From the IMG/VR virus record IMGVR_UViG_3300010396_000003, positions 64,001 through 128,000 of that record: a stretch of DNA of 64,000 nucleotides; one strand, 5' to 3'. A model generated the notes under the pieces. The model had not been told where the DNA came from, did not search any database, and saw only the letters and a program-made list of their open reading frames with translations. Source of the stretch: a virus. Taxonomy: Duplodnaviria; Heunggongvirae; Uroviricota; Caudoviricetes. The number at the start of each line of letters is the position of its first letter. Within the stretch, counting starts at the first letter, position 1. A program made the position numbers and the translations under genes. Shown here one piece after another: positions 9,604-16,054 of this stretch.

Positions 9604-11201
9604 TAGGATAATTTCTCGTCTTCCAGACTTTTGTGACCAAATAGGACCTGGGCATTCCACTTATCCCCGGAAGGCTGCATGGACAGCATTCCACCTTCAT
9701 CCAAATCAAGAACATCCACGTCGTTATATATATGATCAGAGAGCTCACGAAGATTTGATCCGGAAAGAACGATTAGGAACGGACCACGGCCTGCCTTTGC
9801 CTTCTGCTGAATCTCACCTATAAGCGAGAGGAATCGTTTCCGGAATGAGTTACGTGATTCTCCTCCCTCTGGCACTTGATTTGGATTATCCATTAACAAA
9901 CGAACTTTCTTCTTATTGGCATATTTCTGTTGTCCAGCAAGTATGCCAAGGTTCCACGTCTTAGCTCTATTGTCGATGACAATCTGCGGATTATAGATAG
10001 ATCCACTTTGAATAATTTCTGCCGTTTCGCGGTGGCGCTTCAAGTCACTGCAATATATTTTAGTGATCGGCGTTTCTTTTAGATATTGTTCCGCTGTCAA
10101 TAATTTTACGCGTCCGTCGTCTGAAAGTGGGAAATCCAACCAGCCATCAGAGCGTTTAATTGGATCCAACGCCGTTTTACCATGACGCATCATAAAAATC
10201 GTCTTGCGACTTCCTTCTCCAGAAATCGCTTTTTGAAGTGGAGCGGCGCCGATACGATAAGCAGCCTCTAAAAGCTCATTCTCCGGCTCGTACCAATCAC
10301 TGCAATATTCATCGGCCGGATATGGAAGCCGATCTGAATCTGCCGGTTTCTCTTTCCCTCCATCCCATTTAATAAAATAATCATTTCTACAGCTTTTTTT
10401 GTCATCACCAAGATATTCACAATTCGCGCAACAGGAACCGCCCTTAGGAACTCGCATTGCAGCGTGATGGTTTGGCGGCAATTCCGGCATGGCTAACTTT
10501 TCTTCCGATGTACCCTTACTATACTTTTCCAATTCCGTTTGAGATTTATCTAAATGAGAAAAAACAAGGTTCTTCAAGATAATCCTATCGCCCTCGAGCG
10601 GATTAACAAGTTTTAGATATTGCGCTTCCGTTCCTGGCTTGAGATATCCAACCGTAATGTGCGGACGATATTCTTTATGTGTGCTTATATGATCTAGTTC
10701 TGCTAAATTGCGGTGGAGCGCATGGAGTGCATCACTGTCTACTGGTATGATTAGCGGTATGCCATCTGGACCCTCTGGGAATGTGTCATAGCCGAGAAGC
10801 GTTGCCTCTATTTCCCCAGTATTCTTTGTAATCTTATTCACATCTTCCGGAGTTATTTCTTTTTGTAAACCAAATAGCACGGTGACGTGCGGTTCTTTTT
10901 CTCGTCCCTTTAATGTAAAGTCTGTATCGAGAATCGGAACCTCAAGAACATTCTTAGCATCTTCCGGAGATAAATTAAATTGAACTGAATGATATTCACG
11001 TTTTTTTAGTGTGTCACTCATAGTTTTAACCAAACGGTCGACTTCGAGCTGCGCCCGATCCTGTTGACGCTTGAAAACTTTATGTATGGCATCTTTAATA
11101 TGAAAGATTGCCTGATGGGACTCCGGCGTTAATTTAGCCGGATCAATACGCGAGCCCCGTTTTTTTGCTAACTCGTTTGAATATTTTTCCATTGGGCACA
11201 T
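9603..11201 (-). CDS. Fusion of 2H phosphoesterase (Acb1-like), Cys-rich segment and histidine phosphatase
   Basis: Two HxT motifs (PHVTVLFG, PHITVGY); CCANCEYL...C...YCSDWY; RHGKT, YCSDLKRHRETA, PEGGES; start could be 11192. Confidence 0.85.
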   Translation of the reverse strand: MCPMEKYSNELAKKRGSRIDPAKLTPESHQAIFHIKDAIHKVFKRQQDRAQLEVDRLVKTMSDTLKKREYHSVQFNLSPEDAKNVLEVPILDTDFTLKGREKEPHVTVLFGLQKEITPEDVNKITKNTGEIEATLLGYDTFPEGPDGIPLIIPVDSDALHALHRNLAELDHISTHKEYRPHITVGYLKPGTEAQYLKLVNPLEGDRIILKNLVFSHLDKSQTELEKYSKGTSEEKLAMPELPPNHHAAMRVPKGGSCCANCEYLGDDKKSCRNDYFIKWDGGKEKPADSDRLPYPADEYCSDWYEPENELLEAAYRIGAAPLQKAISGEGSRKTIFMMRHGKTALDPIKRSDGWLDFPLSDDGRVKLLTAEQYLKETPITKIYCSDLKRHRETAEIIQSGSIYNPQIVIDNRAKTWNLGILAGQQKYANKKKVRLLMDNPNQVPEGGESRNSFRKRFLSLIGEIQQKAKAGRGPFLIVLSGSNLRELSDHIYNDVDVLDLDEGGMLSMQPSGDKWNAQVLFGHKSLEDEKLS

Positions 11202-12786
11202 GCCTTCCTATCGATCGCCCACCGCCGGCAGCCTGCGAGGGACGAGAACCGCGGCTGTTCTTGCCTCCAGGATTACTGCTTCCTGGCGGTCGGTTCGGTG
11301 GAACATTTGCATTTTCGTTTAATGTCGCTTTTCCATCTTCATCGACGTCAACACCTCCCAATGCTGGTGCCATGCCGAGTGGAACAAATCCGGTTCCAGT
11401 GATAATGCCGAGTTGATCTGCTTCCGGTTCCGGTCGCAAATCTTCACCTAAACGTTCACGTGCTTCATTTGGTGTTAATGTTCCCTTGCTTACCAACATC
11501 GTGATAGCGGCAGCATTCTTAAGCGGATCCGGCTCGCTATATGGATCCACGGCGAATTCATATTCGGTCAGACCCATTTTCTTCTGAATAATAAAGTCGA
11601 TAAATCCCTTAAGCCAAAGAATGTATGGCAGCGTTCCTTCTGACTCGGCAGATTCACTCGATGCTTTCCCTTCTGTGCGGATCATCTTAATAAGACGCTG
11701 CGGACTCGTGCCGTAACCGAAACAAATTTCACGAATATGTTTTTCGTCGTAAAGACCGGCGAGTAGCGGCTCTTTGGAGAATACGATCTGATCATTTTTA
11801 CCTGGTTCATTAAATCCTTGCACCAAGCGCCACTGATTACGAGCAGCGAGGTTGCCAGCAAGTTCCGAATTCATCCAATCCATTGCTTCATTGATCTTCG
11901 CAACTGGTGTTCCTCTTGGAACTACCTGTACCACACCCGGTACGGAACCTTCCGTGTAATATGCCAAAGCAAATTCAAGACGCTTCATGCCAACTTTAAT
12001 TTCCGGAGCAAGCTGCTCGGTCGGACTCATACCATAAAGCTGGGAGGAAACCGAGTTTCGCGGCACAATGTTACGCGGTTTGTAGATCAACTGGTCCGTT
12101 GTCAAGTTTAAATACGGCATGCCCCACCAGTTTTGGGCATAAGCAGGACTCGGCGGTATTGGAGTAAAACCGTTTTCATCAATATACCGCGTGATCATTT
12201 CACCGCGGATGACGGCAAGTTCTGCAATTTCTCCGCTAAATGTTTTGCGTACCAATACTGAAGGAGCATCGATGACAAGCAAATCATCCAGTAATGGGCG
12301 CAACCATTCTTGCCAGTTGTGCTCACGATCAGGATATTCAAAGAAACGATTGAGCTTCAAAAGTGTATCGTCATCTTTTCCACGCGCCAACGTATCCTTT
12401 CTGCGCTCACCAGGGCGCGCACGGAGTTGAATTTCCCAAGCGCAACGTTCAATCGCATCTTTGACATTTTCGATACAAATCTTTGCAAGCGGATAGGTAG
12501 CCATTGCCTTTAGGTCGGCCGCTGAGTATTCAGCGTCGGCGCGCGGCGTCCAAATAAGGTTTTCACCGGCCCAAAACTGGAATCCCTTAGGCTCGGAACC
12601 AGCCGGTCCCATTGGGTTGACCGGCTGCATCGGTGAGTACCAATCTTTTGTATCGATATTGCGAATTTCGTTGGGTGGACGTTGGTAAAGCGATTGACCG
12701 TAACGCGTGAGAGCGTCAACAAATTGACCAATCGGTTTTATAGTAATACCGTTACGATTTGCCATTTCGCGCGGATTGTAAGGCAA
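11143..12786 (-). CDS. Phage portal protein
   Basis: 547 aa; LLDDLLVIDA, YGMSPTEQ, YYTEGSVPG, ICFGYGTSPQRL, LTPNEARERLG. Confidence 0.9.
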   Translation of the reverse strand: MPYNPREMANRNGITIKPIGQFVDALTRYGQSLYQRPPNEIRNIDTKDWYSPMQPVNPMGPAGSEPKGFQFWAGENLIWTPRADAEYSAADLKAMATYPLAKICIENVKDAIERCAWEIQLRARPGERRKDTLARGKDDDTLLKLNRFFEYPDREHNWQEWLRPLLDDLLVIDAPSVLVRKTFSGEIAELAVIRGEMITRYIDENGFTPIPPSPAYAQNWWGMPYLNLTTDQLIYKPRNIVPRNSVSSQLYGMSPTEQLAPEIKVGMKRLEFALAYYTEGSVPGVVQVVPRGTPVAKINEAMDWMNSELAGNLAARNQWRLVQGFNEPGKNDQIVFSKEPLLAGLYDEKHIREICFGYGTSPQRLIKMIRTEGKASSESAESEGTLPYILWLKGFIDFIIQKKMGLTEYEFAVDPYSEPDPLKNAAAITMLVSKGTLTPNEARERLGEDLRPEPEADQLGIITGTGFVPLGMAPALGGVDVDEDGKATLNENANVPPNRPPGSSNPGGKNSRGSRPSQAAGGGRSIGRHVPNGKIFKRVSKKTGLAY

Positions 12787-12810
12787 AAAGGGGGAGGATG
12801 ATAGGAAAGA

Positions 12811-13104
12811 TTATCTGGATGGCAAAACTTGATTGATATTAACCTTCACAATCGGATCCTCATACCAGATTGCACCATCGACATTACAGGTATGCTGGAC
12901 CTTAACACTAAACATCTTTATATCAAGCTGGCCATCGTCTGGCGTTGGTTGATTTGTAACACGAACACATTTTAATGTTCCACTTTTAGCCCCACAGGCA
13001 GGGCATTTCGCATTAGGATCGATGCGTGCGAGCTCGTTTTTGGTCGGTCTGCGAAACAACCAAATAATGAAACGAAGAAACTCGTCAAACCAGTGAAACA
13101 GCAT
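12811..13104 (-). CDS. Hypothetical protein with CPAC motif
   Basis: ORF track. Confidence 0.65.
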   Translation of the reverse strand: MLFHWFDEFLRFIIWLFRRPTKNELARIDPNAKCPACGAKSGTLKCVRVTNQPTPDDGQLDIKMFSVKVQHTCNVDGAIWYEDPIVKVNINQVLPSR

Positions 13105-13107
13105 TAG

Positions 13108-13398
13108 TTAATCATCCTCTGAATGTGATAATACCACTTTGCTTGCCAAAAGATAATCTCTGGCTCGATCATAGGCTCGAGCCCATTTCTGGCAAGCATA
13201 AGGATGATCGGCTATTTCTTTCCCGTAGTGGCCGCGGAAAGGCTTTAACGGAAGCATCAGGTTAATACGCTGGAGGCGAATACTACACGATCGACAGAAG
13301 GGATACTTCTCCCATTTTACGGATCCGCAGGCAGAACAAACTATTGAGTCCCACTCTTTGGTTAACTTTGAAATTATTTCAGTTTTAACTTCAAACAT
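13108..13398 (-). CDS. Hypothetical protein with CxxC pairs
   Basis: ORF track; CSAC, CRSC. Confidence 0.65.
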   Translation of the reverse strand: MFEVKTEIISKLTKEWDSIVCSACGSVKWEKYPFCRSCSIRLQRINLMLPLKPFRGHYGKEIADHPYACQKWARAYDRARDYLLASKVVLSHSEDD

Positions 13399-13406
13399 AG
13401 AACTCC

Positions 13407-13428
13407 GGGGCGGACCAAAATCCGCCCC
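13407..13428. other. GC-rich 8-bp hairpin
   Basis: GGGGCGGA / TCCGCCCC with a 6-nt loop. Confidence 0.7.
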
Positions 13429-13530
13429 AAAGGTTTAGGCTGCTAGTGGCAGCTCTGCTTTTATGGTTTCACCTTTTGATCACGTGGAACGCTAAACAAA
13501 AGGCTTCTATCAGTTGGCGAATGAATTCTA

Positions 13531-14004
13531 CTACAACTTCATATCCATTGGATAGCGATCAAGTTCGTTTACACCTGGAACCACGCCAATGGGATAAATA
13601 TAGTGGCCGGGAGCAATCTGGTAGTCTTCAATCGAAGGATTAATTAAAGCAAATTTCGCACCCTCGCGAGCACATTCACGAACGAATCTACTGCAAATTA
13701 ATTGATGCTGATTAATAGGCCAATGAGAATCGAGGAAGTGAAATATGTTTCCAACATCATACTTTGTTCCAATAAGCGTTTTGCCATATTCAATGGCTGA
13801 CTCGATCCCGGGAAACGTAAAGTCGATGTGTGCGGTATCGATTATGCTGTTTGCCGCTCGGATCTGAACGCCGCCATCGAGCCGGCAGTCAAGCCAGCGC
13901 TCATCATCCATCTTGAAACCGATATGAGAGAACTGCTCGTGTAAGGTCCAACGGATTGCTTGGGAGGTTATTGAATCATCACGGACAATGCGAACGTATG
14001 CCAT
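13531..14004 (-). CDS. Permuted papain-like (YaeF/YiiX-type NlpC/P60) amidase
   Basis: His first (FSHIG), then IGTKYD and ICSRFV; ends in tandem TAG TAG. Confidence 0.75.
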   Translation of the reverse strand: MAYVRIVRDDSITSQAIRWTLHEQFSHIGFKMDDERWLDCRLDGGVQIRAANSIIDTAHIDFTFPGIESAIEYGKTLIGTKYDVGNIFHFLDSHWPINQHQLICSRFVRECAREGAKFALINPSIEDYQIAPGHYIYPIGVVPGVNELDRYPMDMKL

Positions 14005-14040
14005 GGATATGGCATATCAAATTATACGGAAAGAAGGAAA

Positions 14041-14116
14041 TGGTGCGGGCGGTGAGAGTCGAACTCACGATCCTCTGATTAAGAGTCAGATGCTTTAGCC
14101 ACTGAGCTACGCCCGC
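14041..14116 (-). tRNA. tRNA-Lys(CTT)
   Basis: Cloverleaf GCGGGCG/CGCCCGC-ACCA; TCTGA-CTCTTAA-TCAGA; T loop TTCGACT. Confidence 0.95.
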
Positions 14117-14117
14117 A

Positions 14118-14191
14118 TGGTAGGCCCGGCAGGTGCTGCCCCTGCGTCCCCTGATTAAAAGTCAGGTAGTCTACTGTTGACTTACGGACCC
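14118..14191 (-). tRNA. tRNA-Lys(TTT) with non-canonical T loop
   Basis: GGGTCCG/CGGGCCT-ACCA; CCTGA-CTTTTAA-TCAGG; T arm GCAGG-GGCAGCA-CCTGC. Confidence 0.9.
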
Positions 14192-14193
14192 GA

Positions 14194-14409
14194 TCAATTA
14201 CCGCCGCACGCGATGCTGGCATTTGCCGTCATGCAAGCTTCACGTACCTTTCGAACGGCTGCGGTTTGATCGGCGCTTGGAAGAGTATTCGCGACAATAA
14301 CCGCAGCCAAATGTTTACCAGCCTCGCGGATCGCCTCGAACTTAGGAAGTTGGTCTGGCGTCGGTGCGTGGTAGGTAAACCAGTTGTCGATATTGACTTC
14401 AGTTATCAT
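14194..14409 (-). CDS. Acb2/Tad1-like helical hairpin protein (candidate signal sponge)
   Basis: 71 aa from ATG 14409 (AAAGGA RBS): IDNWFTYHAPTPDQLPKFEAIREAGKHLA...SADQTAAVRKVREACMTANASIA. Confidence 0.6.
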   Translation of the reverse strand: MITEVNIDNWFTYHAPTPDQLPKFEAIREAGKHLAAVIVANTLPSADQTAAVRKVREACMTANASIACGGN

Positions 14410-14431
14410 CACAATTCCTTTCAAAGTAAAC

Positions 14432-14564
14432 GAGGCGGCGTACATCCTCTTTACCGCCGCCCCCTCTGTTTAGATCTATTCCCGGAGGCAGCCGATACAC
14501 AGGAGACTAAGCCCGCATCGACTGCCTCGGTTCCGTGATCAGACGCCATACACGGCTGATCACG
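14432..14564 (-). ncRNA. Candidate structured RNA, three consecutive hairpins
   Basis: Stems 14534-14542/14556-14564 (9 bp), 14485-14496/14517-14528 (12 bp, one GU) and about 14432-14440/14455-14463. Confidence 0.45.
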
Positions 14565-14574
14565 AAGGTCAATA

Positions 14575-14650
14575 TGGCGGGTCAGGATGGATTCGAACCA
14601 CCGAGTCTCGGTTTGGAGGCGAGCAGTTTCGCCGCTAAGCTTACTGACCC
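14575..14650 (-). tRNA. tRNA-Trp(CCA)
   Basis: GGGTCAG/CTGACCC-GCCA; CTCGC-CTCCAAA-CCGAG (31:39 C-C mismatch); T loop TTCGAAT. Confidence 0.9.
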
Positions 14651-14679
14651 TGAGGCTAGAGGATATCACAGATGTCAAA

Positions 14680-15105
14680 CTAAAAAGGAATGTCTTCGTC
14701 AGAAATCTCAGATCCGCCTCCACCGCCTACTGGATCGGCATCGTAATGATCTTGCGCCGGCGCCGCGGTCCGTTCCGGCTTATCGCCAAGCATCTTCATG
14801 GTTGAAGCTACAATCTCAAATGCCGTGCGCTTTTCTCCGCTGCGCTTGTCTTCCCATTGGCGAGATTGAATTTTACCTTCGACGTAAACAAGCGAACCCT
14901 TCTTTAAGTATTGCTGACAAATTTCTGCCAACTTACTCCAGGCAATGATCTTGTGCCACTCGATGTGTTTCTGCTTTTGCCCTGAGCGATCTTTAAATGT
15001 TTCGTCTGTGGCGATTGAGAAATTACAAACGGCTGAGCCGCCAGAAGTGTAACGAGTCTCGGGATCTTTACCGAGACGGCCGATAAGAAAAACTTTGTTT
15101 AGCAT
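14680..15105 (-). CDS. ssb: Single-stranded DNA-binding protein
   Basis: MLNKVFLIGRLGKDPETRYT, EWHKI, YLKKGSLVYVEGK, C-terminal DEDIPF. Confidence 0.97.
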   Translation of the reverse strand: MLNKVFLIGRLGKDPETRYTSGGSAVCNFSIATDETFKDRSGQKQKHIEWHKIIAWSKLAEICQQYLKKGSLVYVEGKIQSRQWEDKRSGEKRTAFEIVASTMKMLGDKPERTAAPAQDHYDADPVGGGGGSEISDEDIPF

Positions 15106-15112
15106 GCTCGGG

Positions 15113-15121
15113 ATTATAGCA
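15113..15121 (-). promoter_or_regulatory. Extended -10 promoter, probably giving a leaderless ssb mRNA
   Basis: TGCTATAAT, then 7 nt, then the ssb ATG. Confidence 0.6.
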
Positions 15122-15128
15122 GGAATTT

Positions 15129-15228
15129 TGGAGCGTCTGGCGAGATTTGAACTCGCATCAACCAGTTAGAACTGGCTGCTCTGTCGGTTTTAGAGACCGA
15201 TGCTTTCACCCGGTTAAGCTACAGACGC
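15129..15228 (-). tRNA. Amber suppressor tRNA(CTA) with long variable arm, 100 nt
   Basis: GCGTCTG/CAGACGC-TCCA; D stem GCTT/AAGC; TCGGT-CTCTAAA-ACCGA; 27-nt variable region with an 8-bp stem; GCGAG-TTCAAAT-CTCGC. Confidence 0.9.
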
Positions 15229-15237
15229 CTTGTTCTC

Positions 15238-15260
15238 TTAGGAACAATTTTTGTTCCTAA
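15238..15260. other. Perfect 10-bp inverted repeat inside the tRNA array
   Basis: TTAGGAACAA-TTT-TTGTTCCTAA. Confidence 0.8.
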
Positions 15261-15266
15261 AGAAAT

Positions 15267-15311
15267 TGGAGCGGGGTGTGGCTTTGAACCACGTCTTTCG
15301 ACGCACCCCGC
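15267..15311 (-). ncRNA. Mini-tRNA (45 nt), Gly-like acceptor, no D or anticodon arm
   Basis: GCGGGGT-G-CGTC-GAAA-GAC(G)-TGG-TTCAAAG-CCA-C-ACCCCGC-TCCA. Confidence 0.75.
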
Positions 15312-15312
15312 G

Positions 15313-15358
15313 TGGCAGGGGCTTCGGATTTGATCCACGCGCTTTCACGCGAGCCCCT
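15313..15358 (-). ncRNA. Mini-tRNA (46 nt), Trp-like acceptor, no D or anticodon arm
   Basis: AGGGGCT-C-GCGT-GAAA-GCGC-GT-GGA-TCAAA-TCC-GA-AGCCCCT-GCCA. Confidence 0.75.
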
Positions 15359-15359
15359 A

Positions 15360-15412
15360 TGGTGCCGGCGTCCCATTCAAGAGAGCGCGGCGCTAGCTTC
15401 CGCACCGCCGGC
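15360..15412 (-). ncRNA. Mini-tRNA (53 nt), D-armless, CTA centred in its single loop
   Basis: GCCGGCG-GTGCGG-AAGCTAGCG-CCGCGC-TCTC-TTGAAT-GGGA-CGCCGGC-ACCA. Confidence 0.7.
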
Positions 15413-15928
15413 ATTGGTGTGCGCGGTAGGAGTCGAACCTACCTCGATCAATTTAGAGTTGACCTGTCCAGCCGCTGGACCACGCGCACATAAACTGGCA
15501 CGCCCGGTCGGATTCTCACCGACAACTTCTCTGTTTAGATCAGAGCACTCTCGTAGTTGAGTTACGGGCGTATCTTTGTAAACTCGATAATTTGAGAGCA
15601 CCGATCGCGCAACTCCGCTAATCGGCGCCGTACAAATGGCTGTAAATCTTTCTGCTTCGGGAAAGTCTGGTTCAAACCAGCAATAATGTTGAATCTGAGA
15701 TACGGCGAGTTTGCCGGCAACACGTTTAAGTGCGGCCAGATCGGGCACACCAATCAGAACGTGGTTGTTCCAACACTCATTCTGTTGGACTGTATAAGGC
15801 TTATGCGTGAAGCGCATAGTCGCCTGTTCTACTGCATGATTGGATTGGATGATTTGATGCTGGATGGGAAGATCCATCCGAATGAAGGTATAAACGTAAG
15901 GTTCTTGAGAAATCTAGGTAAATGTCAT
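15377..15928 (-). CDS. Pth2-like peptidyl-tRNA hydrolase; in-frame TAG at codon 5; frame continues through the tRNA genes
   Basis: ATG15928 ACA TTT ACC TAG ATT TCT CAA GAA CCT TAC GTT TAT ACC TTC ATT CGG ATG15877 gives MTFT*ISQEPYVYTFIRMDLP..QSNHA..WFEPD..FTAICTAP; ORF track shows only 15377-15877. Confidence 0.75.
15415..15489 (-). tRNA. Amber suppressor tRNA(CTA), A73
   Basis: GTGCGCG/CGCGCAC-ACCA; D stem GTCC/GGAC; GTCAA-CTCTAAA-TTGAT; GTAGG-TTCGACT-CCTAC. Confidence 0.9.
15496..15571 (-). tRNA. Amber suppressor tRNA(CTA), A1-U72, G73, atypical T loop
   Basis: ACGCCCG/CGGGCGT-GCCA; D stem ACTC/GAGT; CTCTG-ATCTAAA-CAGAG; GTCGG-TGAGAAT-CCGAC. Confidence 0.85.
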
Positions 15929-15934
15929 GCCGCG

Positions 15935-15962
15935 AATGTATCACGGAACAAAGCCTTGTCAA
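15935..15962 (-). promoter_or_regulatory. Sigma70 promoter with extended -10; predicted start at the ATG (leaderless)
   Basis: TTGACA (15962-15957), 16 nt ending TGA, TACATT (15940-15935), 6 nt, ATG 15928. Confidence 0.7.
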
Positions 15963-16054
15963 GAAAAATTTAATTAAGCGAGAATCCGCAAGGAACCATA
16001 GCAACAACGCCATGACGCCTCCACCATTCACGAATCAGGTTATCCATTTGAATC

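Noticed and set aside
15496-15571. tRNA-Pyl (CUA, G73, odd T loop)
   Set aside because: It has a 2-nt acceptor-D linker, a 5-bp anticodon stem and a 5-nt variable loop, unlike tRNA-Pyl; no pyl genes seen.
14451-15753. ORF-track entries overlapping ssb and the tRNA array (14451-14723, 14535-14948, 15251-15493, 15312-15560, 15562-15753)
   Set aside because: Shadow frames of RNA genes or real CDSs.
16005-16030. tmRNA 3' end (GCCTCCACCA on the + strand)
   Set aside because: No T arm or matching 5' strand; better explained as the complement of a GGAGG RBS.
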